A stretch of DNA of 64,000 nucleotides from Glycera tridactyla (lineage: Eukaryota). The notes under the pieces are model-generated. The model was not told where the DNA came from and did no database searches. It was given only the letters and a program-made list of their open reading frames with translations. Below are positions 13,872-27,566 of this stretch, in pieces. Within the stretch, counting starts at the first letter, position 1; every line of letters begins with the position of its first letter. A program made the translations under genes and the position numbers. The stretch lies in contig OZ286472.1 in NCBI GenBank assembly GCA_965644265.1, forward strand, positions 53,382,001-53,446,000, read 5' to 3'.

Positions 13872-16209
13872 CTGTTTGGGTAACAAACAAAATACAGACG
13901 ACGCTGTCAGCACGCATTCCTGGTTAGTTGGTCAAACATGCCAAGCCTCAAGTTAGTTCAGCCTCCACCAGAAATGATTAATAACCAGAACATATCATGA
14001 GACCGTGATGTCAATGAAGCAATGCAATTTTTTTGGAAATATGGATTTTTCTTCTCAAACTACCCCAACATATACTCAAATGTATCTCTTCTGAAACATC
14101 CAGCAATTTCCCAACTTCAGTTTTGCACCCAATTTTCAGAATTCCCGACTTTTTTTTTGAAACTTGGCACCACTAATGAGATCATGCATGGTTAGAAATT
14201 CACATTCCCCATCCACCCGGCGATGAATATGTCGAAAACGAGAACTTTCCCTGGAAGTTTATGTGTCATTATGTTTGATAAATCATTCAAGTAAACACAC
14301 AACCTGATGTACCACATGTATCCCCTAGAAAATCTGGGATGTATTTCTGTGCAACTGAGGAAAAAAGCTCTAATTCTTTCTGTACTAGGAATTTGCAAAT
14401 CCTCAATGAAGGTTATACTGAATTTGCTTCCATGTTCTTTCTATGTTTGTTCTATATCACTGTATACAAAAATATCCCACACATATCTCAGATATGAACT
14501 TTCTAGTTTCTAATGGCAGTGTTTGCAAGATCATCTACAGTCAACAGCAACCCCCTGACAGGCCACCATCTCTCTTGAACTACCAACTTTTTCCAAAATA
14601 CCGAATCCCACAAGAAACTATCTTATTTCGGGCAAATAGCTGTATTTTTGCATGAATATATTGTTTTTTATTAAAGGAGTCAACATACATTGATTTTGCA
14701 CCATTTCAATGCATAATATATTGGCAAATATTGATATTCATACTGCGAGAGAATCGCAAGGAGTTTCTCTGTGAAAGGTGAGTCCAACATGTAGGCGCAA
14801 AAGAACGGACAATAGGCTATAGTTCTTCTCCAATGGAGCTCTCACCGCACAGTAACAAGGATCGATGTCCAAACCTCCACCGAATGACCCGTCTTGAACG
14901 AGCACTTTTCCGTCCGTTCTAGGGTGGTCGCTTGCAACAGGTTTTACTGTATGACTGTTTGATATGTCAGAGAAAGCTAATCTACGATCAGATGGAAATC
15001 TGGAAATCTGTTAGACAAACTGGTAAGAAATGATGGAGAAAATTCAACAAATAGTCTGGTGAAGTGTCAGACATGAACACGTAATTGTTTATGTCGGACA
15101 AACTGTCTGACAAGACTTGGAACTTTCTGCAAATCTTGTAAATGCCCAATTTATCATCAAAATGCCTCATCAAAAATCTAAATTCTACCAAATACTCTTC
15201 AGCCCCCTTCGAGCATTAGAAAATAGACAATACATCATGACATATGTATGAATGAAGACTGTCACTGCTATAGAGCTAGTCAGCATGAACTTGTCCTATC
15301 AGAAACCTATGACAGATGATCTTAACGTACAGGGGAAACAAACTTAGTCTCCTCAATTCTTGAGCGCCTATAAATCACACTGTGTAAAAGCATTCCATCA
15401 ATCACTACAGTCAATGAAGGCAAGCTGAATTTAATGAATGTATCCAGGAGCTAGTCTGAGGAACTGGTGGAAACATTACTCAGGGGGACACAGAGGAAGA
15501 AATGGTGAATTAGGACAGGTCCCCAGGTGGGGGTACTGATTGATCAGTTTGTCTAATAAAAAAACATTTCTCAGTTGTCATGCAATATTACCATGGAGCA
15601 GTCTTTGATAAGAAATGGTTTCAAATCAAAGGTGCATTTGACTGACTCATCTATCAAAGTTGGATTGTGCATCTCCCTTTAGTTCAGTCTTCGGTCAGGT
15701 TTCACTTGATTCTTATTCAATCATCTAGTGTTTATTCACTAGTGCCATAGGATATAAAAGATGAAAAGAGAAGCAAGGAAGCAGGGATTAAGCAGAGAAA
15801 CAGTCAAACATGCATCAGACATAGCCACATCAACAAATTGTGTGAAACAACCAGACCACCCTCTGTGATATCTGCTTGAAAATGGGGCAAAAATGTCTCA
15901 AGGACCAATTAAAGCTGTCATGTCCTTTCACTATTTTTCTGATTCATAAAGAGCACCTGAGGTATACACACCTATCAAGGTCTTTCTTTTTCAGGTTCAC
16001 CCAAATCACATTCTCAAATGTTCCACTTGTCTTGAAGTACTCGGCTCTGATCAGAAGTCCGACAGATGCCAGAAATTCATTGACTTCAAGCTACTTCCAA
16101 GAATACTGTCAAAGAAGAATTGTCACTTATACTATTGTCTGTTTCCTGTGAGAAACTACATTTTGAGCTTTTTCTTCAGCCTGCACACTACAGCGTGGAA
16201 CATCCAGTA

Positions 16210-16386
16210 CAGTGAAATCTGCTTGAGTGTAAACCTGCGCAAGGCAAAATCCTGTCTTAAGCACATACCCCACGGGCTGCCCGGATGTTTTTTTCTCACT
16301 ATAATTGTCCTGCGCTAAGCAAAATCCTGTCTTGAGTGAAAGAAAAATTTGGTCCCGTGACTTTTCACTTAGGACAGGTTTTACTG
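16210..16386. mobile_element. pogo/Tigger-type MITE
   Basis: TA|CAGTGAAATCTG ... GGTCCCGTGAC ... CAGGTTTTACTG|TA. Confidence 0.8.
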
Positions 16387-16742
16387 TATTTTGTTCCTGG
16401 TGATTGAGAAATTGTCTTATCCTGTTCAGTATTGTCCCATTCGTTAGAGGTTAATGGGAAATGTCTCATTAAATTCTTTACTTAGGGATTTCCCCGCAAT
16501 ATACATCCAAAGAAACAACCCCTAGTGGTGCTGTTGAAAGCATGAAAATGTCTGACAAGATGGACAGAAAGCAAGAAGCAGAGATCTGGCAAAGGAAATG
16601 TGGGAGGATCAGATGAGACATTAATCAGAGCTGATCAAGCAAATCTGGACACTTCACTGATACAACACACCATATGACAATGACCCCAGAGTAGGCACAT
16701 GCTGTACAGGCTTCAGTCAGTCTCAGTCAAATGACAACCATA

Positions 16743-16927
16743 CAGGGATGCATCCAGGATTCTGGACAAATAACAATGACAATAAGAATGAAGCTCATTT
16801 CTCTTTGTGATGTATGCCTCGGTAAGGGGCCCGCAATCAACAAATTGTGTGAAATGCATCCTGGATGCGTCCCTGAATGTGGAAAATGCCCACATGCCCC
16901 CCCCCCCCCCCACTAAATGCAACCCTG
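16743..16927. mobile_element. CAGGGTTGCATCCAG-family MITE
   Basis: CAGGGATGCATCCAG ... AATGCAACCCTG; TSD not matched. Confidence 0.6.
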
Positions 16928-17117
16928 ATATTGATGATGCCACAGTTATGAAACAAAGGATAGAAGAATGAGGCTAGTCATTAGCTGTACTTCTGTCATG
17001 GCTTTGTAGGGCATAATCAACATACAACAAACCTCGTCTGGGCTGGACTAATACATATGCATGCAAGTGCAAAAACAAGCATGCATGTACATATGCAATC
17101 ATGCACGCATGCATGCA

Positions 17118-17291
17118 NNNNNNNNNNNNNNNNNNNNNNNNNNNNNNNNNNNNNNNNNNNNNNNNNNNNNNNNNNNNNNNNNNNNNNNNNNNNNNNNNNN
17201 NNNNNNNNNNNNNNNNNNNNNNNNNNNNNNNNNNNNNNNNNNNNNNNNNNNNNNNNNNNNNNNNNNNNNNNNNNNNNNNNNNNNNNNNNNN
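17118..17291. other. Assembly gap (N run)
   Basis: 174 consecutive N. Confidence 1.
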
Positions 17292-18123
17292 AATATGGCA
17301 GTGATACTAGGGTAACCTAGCAATCTGGCACAAATGTGGCACACTAAAGGACCAACCAAAAGTCGAGCCAAAATCTGCAAGTGCAACATGATTTTCAAAC
17401 TCTTGTGTGCCAAAATCATGGTTCAAATTTTAATTCCCAAGTCTTTGATAATAATAACAATAAAGATTTCGTGGTAAGCACAGACAGGAGCCTCACAAAA
17501 GCTATAACCAATAACAATACAAATTTGGACTTTCCATAGTTAAGGCACAGTTTAAATTTTCCCATGTTGCACACTCTTGTTTTAACAAGGGAAACCCCAG
17601 CTTTTGAAAAGGCCAAATATTACATCACATTCCATAATTCATCAACATACAAAAGTATCATTTTTCCTTTGGATCATCACACCTTCTGGTCCCACTTTGG
17701 ACTCTCTCTCACTTGAAAATCAATACTTTCATCGTACTAATTCTCAAAAGAGGCAGGGGTTAGATTGACCACAGACCCAATAAGTGACATCGAAGGTTAG
17801 AGGGGGGAATGATCCTAAATATCTTTCCGATCTTCTTGGTCATAACTGGTGTCATCAGATGGCTAACATTTCAATCATTATCATTATTGTCTTTCTCGAT
17901 GTGAAATGAAAGCCATATGGTAATTATGCGTCAATATCAGAGAAGAGGAAATTGTAGGGGCATGCTACGGGAGGTTATCGCTGTTAGAAATCCTTGATGT
18001 TAGGTGGCAACACAGGATGAAGGCAGTTAGTGGGTGATCGTACGTCAGCTACGGCGATGGTACACTGTAACATGCTCCTTATGTCATAGCAAGTCACTGA
18101 CGGTAAGTCAGCCAGCCAGCCCC

Positions 18124-18168
18124 CTATGTCAGACCAAACTCCCGAAGGGCCACCTCCACTGCTTCATC
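18124..18168 (-). CDS. AP1S2: AP-1 complex sigma subunit, proximal alternative terminal exon (DEAVEVALREFGLT*)
   Basis: Acceptor ttttatgtttcacctgtaag; phase 0; 14 codons + TAG; resembles the vertebrate sigma-1 tail (..VLEEIGLT). Confidence 0.8.
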   Translation of the reverse strand, partial: DEAVEVALREFGLT

Positions 18169-18933
18169 CTTACAGGTGAAACATAAAATTAAAGCATGAA
18201 ATGAACAAATGAAGCAAATAAATAGTGAAAATAACAAGTGTGCTTGAAGTCTCTAAGTTTATTAGGCAGCATCCCAGTATGGAACTCACTTGTAGATAAT
18301 TTACTATGGATCTGAACATTAGACTAGTTTTGTTTGTTTGACGTTTAACGGCATGTATCAACCCGTGGGTTATGTATGCCGTGTGTTCCTGGTTAATGAA
18401 AGCTAGATGTTCTCTACCCTGCAGAAATCACTCTCACAAACCCTGAACACAAGTTGATGGGAAGCTGAAAGGTTGTCAGTTCAGACACACCTCTACCTAA
18501 TCTGAACACACATAATAGACCTTTGATGGCATATCTAAATATGTAGAACATCGGACTAGAAATTATCCCGAGACAAATACATGTACAACATTTTTCATAC
18601 CAACTCTGTCAGATGAGAATCATTAATTTCATTGGGCCATTGATAGATATAACTTTATTTTGTTTCGTCACAACAAATTACCCCAATCAACTGGGGCTTT
18701 TCTGTGTGGACGAAAATTGAATGATATAGATATGCGATAATTTGATAAAATCCCTTCAATACATAGAATATCTAGTTTATCAGCACCCTTATACTAGAGA
18801 TTATTGCGCCAAAAGACAACAAAGATTTGACAGTTCCAAGAATGAAAACTGACATCTTAAAAATATTTTGAGAAATCATTACATTACAGTGAATCTCCTA
18901 ATTATCTGCACTGTCAGGCCACAAATAAATATA

Positions 18934-19102
18934 CAGTCGAACCTGCTTGAGAGACTACCTCTACTCTATAAAGGCCACCCTGACACGACCTGCGATCATA
19001 ATAGTATTACCAACAGTGAATGACCTCTCTTTAAAGACCAGCTGTCTATGTAGGCCACCTTTTTATGAGACAGGAGTTGCCGTCTATAGATAGGTTTGAC
19101 TG
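18934..19102. mobile_element. pogo/Tigger-type MITE
   Basis: TA|CAGTCGAACCTG ... TAGGTTTGACTG|TA. Confidence 0.82.
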
Positions 19103-20206
19103 TACATTGCCTCATGATTCAATAGTTGCAAGAGATAGATGACCATTTACATCAGATGACTGGCTGTAAAACAAACTAAAACACCGCACAACTGAGTAAT
19201 ATAAAAGGCTTTGGTAGAATATATACAAGTTAATTGTTTCCAAGCTTTTGTACGTAAGGCCGCATATGACTAGTTGGGTAGTTGGTTGGTTGGTTGGTTA
19301 CTTGGTTGGTTGGTTGGTTGGTTGGTTGGTTAGTCAATAGATTATCATTACAATGGGTTAAACCTGTACAATCAGTGTCTAGAATAGAATCACTCTAGAA
19401 ACTCCCGAACTCGAAAGAAGGACTTCAGGGGCCCAGAAGGTATCCGGAATATTGGAGAGCTGGAGTGGCTGCAAAGAGTAGCGCAGATCTATCATTGTAC
19501 TCTTTAATAACATTAGGCATCAGTTGTTTTCCATAACTGGATTATTTGTGACAGGCAAAATAAAATGTATATGTTTACTACACTACCAAATAAAAAATGC
19601 TGGATACAATATGCACAAAGTCAGACACAAAAATGAAATCTGGCGAGGGAACCCACGCAATAGCAAAATAGAGTGTAAATGCATTGAGTAAACTGAGGAG
19701 TTGTTCGAAATTAGAAACAAGCAAGTCAGGCAGGTTGAGGCATGGCTGGAAAAGAAAGAACGTAAATGCAACAAAGACATCTTGTGACATAAAGCTCAGA
19801 GAAAAGAAAATTGCGCTGTTCACAAGCGAGCATCGTGACTGTAGGCTCTCCAGGGTGTTACTTTTGTCTCATTTCTTGGGGTTCACTCATCACATTCACA
19901 AGCTGTATTTGGTCTGGTTAATGTCCGGAAGATTATATGTTCAGCCAGCCATACAGTAAAACCTGTCCTAAGCATGGGACAAAATGGATGGACAAAACTA
20001 CATACAACTTCATAATCTGTGCTAATGAAATAATATGAAAAATACTCTGATGTGAGAACAGGTTTAGCTGCGCAAAAAAATTGACTGTATTTCCTGCTAT
20101 CCAACGTCTAATTGGTGAAATGTGCATGATAAAAATATGAACTTCCAGCTGGGATCACCAGGATGATTAATCATACTGGTGAAAACACATGACTGTTGGT
20201 GAGCAG

Positions 20207-20748
20207 CAGGATTGCATCCATCCCTTAAATTAGAGAAAAGGGTGCATTTCTCCATGAAAATCCCCCAACAAAAGAGTGCAACGATATTGATTGATTGAAG
20301 GGGCATTGCGGCTAGTGTTAAGACGATTCGCTCAGAAATCGATTCAATGGATGTTACTTTGTCAGAATTGACTTCATTTTCAGCGGGAAAATTTCATCAT
20401 CAAACGTATTTTTTTCTAGAATAATCAGGATCTTGTTATAATTATTCAAGATTTATTAGTCTATCTTTCACTCTCCAGCATCTTTTGACTCTTTTTACAG
20501 ATGAACTCTTGCCTTCTCACTTCTCAAGTCATGTCAGTCACCATCCTCCATGCACCAAATCAAGACTTTGACACTTGACTAAACATCGATTATAATCGAT
20601 TAATCGATCGAAATATATTCCGATTAATCAATTCCCAAAATAGGTACTGATTCCTAACACTAATTGCCGCCCCTGATTGCCTTGAAATGGGCCCACAACA
20701 AATAGCATGTGGTCAATGTCCCCGTGACGCCCTCCTGATGCAACCCTA
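20207..20748. mobile_element. CAGGGTTGCATCC-family MITE, 6-bp TSD, hosting a nested hAT MITE
   Basis: GAGCAG|CAGGATTGCATCCA ... TGATGCAACCCTA|CAGCAG (5/6). Removing the insert restores GGGCATTGCGGCCCCTGATTGCC, as in the 5590 copy. Confidence 0.7.
20313..20662. mobile_element. hAT-type MITE, 8-bp TSD
   Basis: ATTGCGGC|TAGTGTTAAG ... CCTAACACTA|ATTGCCGC (7/8). Confidence 0.75.
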
Positions 20749-20802
20749 CAGCAGCAATTCAGTACCATGAAAACTGCAGCGTTTTCGGCCGCATCAAACT
20801 AA

Positions 20803-21473
20803 CTGCGTAAAACCATCTTTTTTTTTGAGGGAACACCTCATTAAGCATAATTTATGCGGCTATCCCCGGTCGCCAACAATATCAATAATAACAAATCTAC
20901 AATCGAAACATTGAATCCGCAAAGAAATATCATCATAGAACGAAAGGCTATCATAAACTGTGCTGGAAAAACGTCTTTATCGATAAAAAATATGTGTTTC
21001 TGAAGCCGATGGGGACGATTTTGAATCCCGCCATTTTTCTTCATTCTCCTTATGGGCCCTCGAGTTTCGTCACGTGTTCGGTGATACTGCTGCTTGCTAC
21101 GCAATAAACAATGGATAAATGGTTATGTAGAAGTGTTTTCGCAACGACACCGACTTCTCAGATGTTTCTTTGTGATGCGCAAACGACCGGACAATAGCCC
21201 TTTGTCTTCTTGCAGTGAAGCATGAAGTTGTGAATTTGTGAGTACTTCGTTCATACACGGTGATCTGATTATCGCCCATGTTTACGATGCCGATTCACCT
21301 CAAGTGGTCGTTCGTCGCAGGTAATCTGTACAATTTCGGCCGGTAGCTGGTCGAGTTAGACAGGTGGTCGCTCGTCAGAGGTGATTTTAGAAGTATTTGG
21401 TTTTTTGGCGGGAAAAATGGTCATTCAAGACAGGTGGTCGCTGGTCAGGGGTCGCTCGTGACAGGTTTCACTG
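20803..21473. mobile_element. pogo/Tigger-type non-autonomous element
   Basis: Clear right end GGTGGTCGCT..ACAGGTTTCACTG|TA with repeated CAGGTGGTCG units; left end degenerate and approximate. Confidence 0.5.
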
Positions 21474-23475
21474 TATGTCTGAACCACTGAGTTTTCTGAA
21501 ATTCTCCATGATGATGGTGATCACGATTTTTCATGTGCACATCTTGGAGGTCATCAGAACTATTGATGTCTACAGTGTGCACTGTCAATCAGCAAAAATG
21601 ATTGAAATTACTAGGTTTTTGCTGAACTCCAGAACATAGGTATGAGTTCCAGAGTGCAAATCTCAAAATTCCAGTATTTTTCCAGAACAATAAAGTGAAA
21701 AACATGTTTTCCACAACATTTCAGGTATAGGTAATGAATTCCAGAACATTTCCAGAGTCTGTGCAAACCCTGAGGCAGGAGGCAGAAAGAGTGTATTTGA
21801 TAGCAATATCGTACATAGGAAATTCTATAAAAATGTCTCTTGAACGCAATGTTGATCCCTCCTTTTAAGAATAGACCTGATACATGGGATGGAATCAAAC
21901 ATCCAAGAATTGAAGCATGGGGAGACCATTGCCATCATTACATTTTTGTGCAGGAGCAATGAAACAAAAGATTGCACACAAACAATGGAAAAGAAAATGT
22001 GAAATCCTTGTCAAAATAGAGAGCAAGTCAGTGGGGTGAACCATGAAAACGAAGACTGAAAGACATCCACACATTTATTGAGTCAACCTGAGTGTGATTT
22101 CTGGTACTTTCAACAGTCAAGTGCTAACAACCAGTTGTTAAAATTAAGAGTGTAGAGAGATCTCAGGGAACACAGTAGAGGGGTCACTAATTGTAGCTGA
22201 TGATTCTTTGAAATAGATCAAGAAACCGATCATTGATTACAGATCTAGTGAAATCTGTGACGAGTGATTGCCCTAAATGTGAACAAAAAGTGCTATAAGA
22301 AAACGGAGGCATGGTATGACAGAGAAGTGACATGGAACTTTCGGCTTAATGCCAAAATAATTCACTTGTCCACACCCAATGATTCAGAGAAACCTGCGAT
22401 GAGAGACCACATTAAATGACACCGAAATATAGTTTCAGAGGTGGTCTCTTATCTGAGGTACAGTATACGTCAAATAAAAAAGCTGCCCCAGGGAAGCGTT
22501 CTCTTGTCAAAGGTGGACTTTCATCACAAATTCAAACAAAATAGTAATCCTGAGAAATTGATCTATTGAAGGTGGTGTTTTTAGAGGTCTCTTACACATT
22601 TCACTGTATCTGGCTACATGGGTATCAACACATAACAGGATGGGAGGAGGCAGATGAAAAAAAGGTGGGAAAAAATAAGATGCAAATGAATCACATCACA
22701 CCAACAAGATATTCATCCAAAAGAATATACACAGAAGTATACATCCCACGATGAAACAATTTTGCAACTTCAGTGAAGAAAGAACGGAAAGCTCGTCAAA
22801 TCTCAACAGAGGATCCAATTAGGAAAATCTCCCAATAAGAAAATGGAAAAACAAATTTGAGGGATGAGTCCCGGATTTAGTTGGCTGGAACCAATCAGCC
22901 GACAGTGCAATATCACAGAATTCAGTCAAAACATGAGTTGAACACTAATTCATGGATACTCAATCTGACCACCATACCAGTTGATAATACTGGAAGATCA
23001 AGTCCACATCAGCAGAATCCTTGTAAACAGCCCCTGTGATGGGCAAGCACCATACATTCTTCACAACTTTGTCTCAAGAGAGATGCATGCAAGTCACGGC
23101 TGTATTTGTAAAGGTATGACGAGAGAATGTTCTTGAAAGAAAGCTTGATTATCACAGGTACAGTAATTTCCACTATTTTTGTGACCCTCGTTTTTTTGTG
23201 ATCTTATCGGCCAGAACGTGAACATGGCTCATTATTTAGAGTGAAGGACATGTGCTATCAACTTTCGCTACTGTTGGTCATATACACAGCCGTCATCATA
23301 TAGAGCTCTGTGAAGACTGCAGACTGTACTTATTAATACTGGCGACATTACCTTCAAAGCACGACTTCCAACCATACACAATGTAACCAGTGTAGGGGAT
23401 TCTTCATATGTGAGGAATCACAATTGCGTCATCAAAGGAAAGTGTTCTCACACAGAGCGACTTGTGTCTTTCTTA

Positions 23476-24477
23476 GGGCTATTCCATTTATTAAGGAGTG
23501 GGGGGGCCGGTCTGGAACCGAAATGAAAAAGCGGGGGTGGGGGGGTCTCTGAAAAATCGAAAGCGGGGGTGGGGGGGGGGGGGGTCTCAGAAAAATCGAA
23601 AGCGGGGGCGATATTAGGTGAAAATCGAAAGCGGGGGGCGATATTAGGGGAAAATCCGGAAGCGGGGGTTGGTGATGATCGGAAAAATTGGGAAGCGGGG
23701 GAGAGGCGGAAATCAGAACTTTCGTGTTGAAAACCGACCAAAAACACCAAATCCGGCGACTATTAGTCAATATATTGCCGTCTCTTCGACGTGGCTCGTG
23801 TTCGTCATGGGCGCCGCCATCTTGGTTATCAAATCCAAGTCGGCAAACCGTGACATTTTTTCGATGGGCACATGAATAATGCGATAAAATGCCCGCAAAA
23901 TGGCGGATCCTCTTGTAAATGGCGATTAAGTGACAGAAAAATGTCCAAAATCGAAAAATGCGATGAATATCAACGAAAGGAACCGAAAATAATTTGTCAC
24001 GCTGGCGGCCACGTCTTCTGTGTATCACAGGCGCTGGCGGATTCGGCCGCCATCTACCGGCGGAACCCGGAGTTGTCGACGCGAAACACGAGATGGCGGG
24101 TCGAATTATTCGAGAAACACGTGTTCGGCACGCAGACCGCCATCTTGAATGCAAGCACGATTCTAGCGCGATTTTTTTCATTAATCATGGATTCTTGGGA
24201 TAAAACGCTGACAGATTCCAGATCATCCTTGTAAATTGCGATTGATCATCAGAATAATGTCAATTATCATGAAATTTGACGTATTTGTCATCTCAGCCTC
24301 GTTTTCGGGAAGCGGGGGGGGGGGGGGGGGGGGTGTCGCTTTCGGAAACCAGCGGCGAAAAATTAAAAAGCGGGGGTGGGGGAGGGTCAGAATAATCAAA
24401 AAGCAGGGGTGGGGGGGGGGGTGTAATTTTTTTTGGCTGACCGGCCCCCCCCCCACCCTTTTTAAATGGAATAGCCC
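23476..24477. mobile_element. PIF/Harbinger-type MITE (~1 kb)
   Basis: TTA|GGGCTATTCCATTTA ... TAAATGGAATAGCCC|TTA; perfect 15-bp TIR and 3-bp TSD; subterminal AAAATCGAAAGCGGGGG tandem repeats. Confidence 0.9.
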
Positions 24478-25678
24478 TTAGCCGATGATAGAATCATGGT
24501 CTTAAATACATCGGCTCTCAAAATATCTCCCGATAAACAAGAGTCACAAGAAGAGTGGAATCAACTGTGATTGCCCATTGCAGGCTTCCTCATTAAGGGT
24601 TTCACTCGAGGTGGACACCAGCATCCAAATCTGATGAATCATCATCGCACATGTATGGTTCAATGAAAGTGAAAAAGGACAAGCCATTGGTTACTTTCAT
24701 TTTTGAGAAATACATAAACCAAAACTGAGGTGTTCATCTTTTATTTTGACCCACAAACAAAGGCCCAAAATAAGGAATGAATGGAACGAAGTCTACCTCT
24801 ATAATTTCACTGTATGTCATCTACTCATCAATGACATAGTTCCACACAATGCTTCGAAAATTTTTTGTGATTTCACAAGATGTTTGAAAATCTATACACT
24901 GGTCCACTTAAGTGTATCAGAAATGCCAACCTTTTAATTCGAGTAATGATCAAATAAGATGAGTTGGCTGCCTCAAAGTAATGATACGTGTAGAATGCCA
25001 AAATGTAATGAATCATTACTCCAAAATTGTAATGGTTGGCATCACTGGAGAATTTACAAAAAACTTACCTCAAGACATCAACAAATTCTCCTTTTTTCCA
25101 CATACTTGCCCTCAGGTTAATTCATTCAAAATAATTTAAATATCAATGCCGTCTAGCTTGCCATTCAAGTTCAAGGTGACAATCGGATACTGTTTCAAAT
25201 TCAGGGGTATCCAGAATTCTGGGGTGAAAAATTTGCCAATACTCTGAATTCTAGAGTAGGAAACCCCTGCAAAGTATCGGGGGTGTCTCAGAGGTGTACC
25301 AAATAACTGAAAATATGGGATGGGGTGAGAAATTCTCCTCATTGGTCTCCTGCCCTATTGTCAAATGGGATAGCCCTTACAAAAGATGTGACAAATAATT
25401 TGTAGGTCTACATCTATACCAAACTGAAATTTCAATTTTCATACTTTTTCTTCATAGCTGGAAAAAGATATGCTTGAATTCCATTTTCATTCTTCATCTC
25501 TGCAAACCCCTTTTTTATACTGCTCGATCACCAGTTGTCTTCCTGAACATTAGATAAGAATCCAGCCATAAAACAACCTGAGGGCAAATATATGGATAAG
25601 ATCCGGTCGTCTTGTGACCCAGATATCAATGACCTTGACCCCCACTGTTAGTAACAGAATAATAGGCGACAATCTTAC

Positions 25679-25816
25679 CTCCTGCAACAGATCCTGCGCA
25701 GCGATGGCCTTCAGAACATTCTTCTTGCTGGTTTCTTGCACTTCTCCGCCCAGAAGTAATTCATCTAACATGAAGAAGGCTTTCTCAAAGTTGAAGATGA
25801 TGTCTAATTCACACAC
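25679..25816 (-). CDS. AP1S2: AP-1 complex sigma subunit, coding exon ([46 protein letters not shown])
   Basis: ttgcag| ... GAG|gtaaga; 138 nt, phase 0/0; near-identical to known sigma-1 sequence. Confidence 0.97.
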
Positions 25817-26899
25817 CTGCAATATTGCAAGATACATACCGGTATCTCATCAATTTCAAACCATTCCTGAGGTCCTTTGAGCTAACCCATCATTTCAGGA
25901 AACAGACTGTACTAGAGGGCAAGCATTTCTCCTTCAACAACACTTGTCCCTCGTAGCCACTGTGCTACACACACAACATTATGAGAGCGAAACTTGTCAC
26001 AGTAAAAACGAATGAGAGAAGCGAAATATATGAACATATGATATGGTTTCACACTCAATGACCTTGAGATTCAAGATGGCCATCCCAAAATCAGAATGTA
26101 ATTTGCTAGACCCTAGGAGAGTTCATGCTCCAAGTTTCAGATGACTTACCATGAAAGTTTTCGAATTATTGGCCAAAAAACATTTCAACATTTTTGCACT
26201 TGGTGACCTTGAAATTCAAGACAGCTGCCTCAAATCAATGGGTCTCTTGCCATGACCTAAGGGAGTCAGTACATCAAGTATGAGGAGGCTAGCCCTGAAA
26301 CTTTTGAATATATTGTCCACAAACTGCTTTGCTCTTTATACAGTCAATGACCTAGAATTCATGATGGTCGCCCCAAAATCAATATGTGTCTTGCCATAGC
26401 CTAGAAGAGTCCGTAAGTATCAAGTATGAAATGGCTAGCCCTGGAACTTCTTTGAGTTATCGTCCGGAAACCATCATTCACCCAGTCACACCGGGGTCGA
26501 TTAAAAAACTTAAATGCCCTTTCGGTGTTTCAGTATTTTCCAACTTGTCATTGACTCGATATTGCCCTGCTACTCAGTTTGTGATGAGTACAATTACACT
26601 CCTGTCATCTGTTCATTCAAATATGTGATTTAATTTTAAGGGCTCTGTTCAGTTTTACTTGTGTTTTTTGCCCCGTTTCTGCAACACATAGCAACTCCAT
26701 GTCAAGATTATAATTTCAGTACATGTACCTCAAACTAGTGGTAGAAATCGCTTTTGAGTTCTAAATCAATCATTGGTTTGACCTATCCAACCAATCATCA
26801 GTTTAAATTGGTTGTGGAAAAAGTTGGAATTTTCCAACTAAGCTTGAACTTCAAAGCTTGGAATATGGTTTCAAACTCGAACTAAGCTTGAGATAAAAT

Positions 26900-27111
26900 N
26901 NNNNNNNNNNNNNNNNNNNNNNNNNNNNNNNNNNNNNNNNNNNNNNNNNNNNNNNNNNNNNNNNNNNNNNNNNNNNNNNNNNNNNNNNNNNNNNNNNNNN
27001 NNNNNNNNNNNNNNNNNNNNNNNNNNNNNNNNNNNNNNNNNNNNNNNNNNNNNNNNNNNNNNNNNNNNNNNNNNNNNNNNNNNNNNNNNNNNNNNNNNNN
27101 NNNNNNNNNNN
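26900..27111. other. Assembly gap (N run)
   Basis: 212 consecutive N. Confidence 1.
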
Positions 27112-27351
27112 CTCCCTCCACCACAGTCCACTGTCAGTGCAAGGTAGAACAGGCACTTGTGGAGGGATGGGCCCTGAACCATTTGCCACATTGAAATTTG
27201 AATTGGCCTACTGAGAGATGATGCAATGGGCCACATGACCCACTCTGAACAATGAACGCAGGGACGTGCAGATGATTTTTCAGAGAATTGTTGAGTTTAC
27301 AAGGTTAACCCTGATTCTCTGAGGGGCTAGGTGGTACTGGATCATTTTAAT

Positions 27352-27566
27352 CAGGCCTCTAACTTGCTACCTGTGGGTAGCCAATTGCTACCAAATTCAC
27401 CCTCTGGCTACCACATTTTAAAAGTTAGGAGCCAGCCACCCCTAAAATTTTTAGAGCTTGTAATTGGCAATGTATTGATTGGCTACCAAAATTTTGCACT
27501 TGCTACTAAAAATTTCAATTTAGGGGCCAGCTGGCCCCTAAATATTCGGGCCAACGTAGAGCCCTG
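27352..27566. mobile_element. hAT-like MITE, 5-bp TSD
   Basis: TTAAT|CAGGCCTCTA ... TAGAGCCCTG|TTAAT. Confidence 0.75.

Noticed and set aside
17057-17419. ORFs containing X runs (also 26851-27236)
   Set aside because: Artefacts of reading through N gaps.
19869-19913. Possible third AP-1 sigma terminal exon (LVNVMSEPQEMRQK*), and another ending near 19380-19470
   Set aside because: Weak or absent polypyrimidine tract, and no resemblance to sigma-1 tails.
23432-24481. 249-aa and other Pro/Gly-rich ORFs
   Set aside because: All lie within a Harbinger-type MITE with G/C runs; no protein motif.
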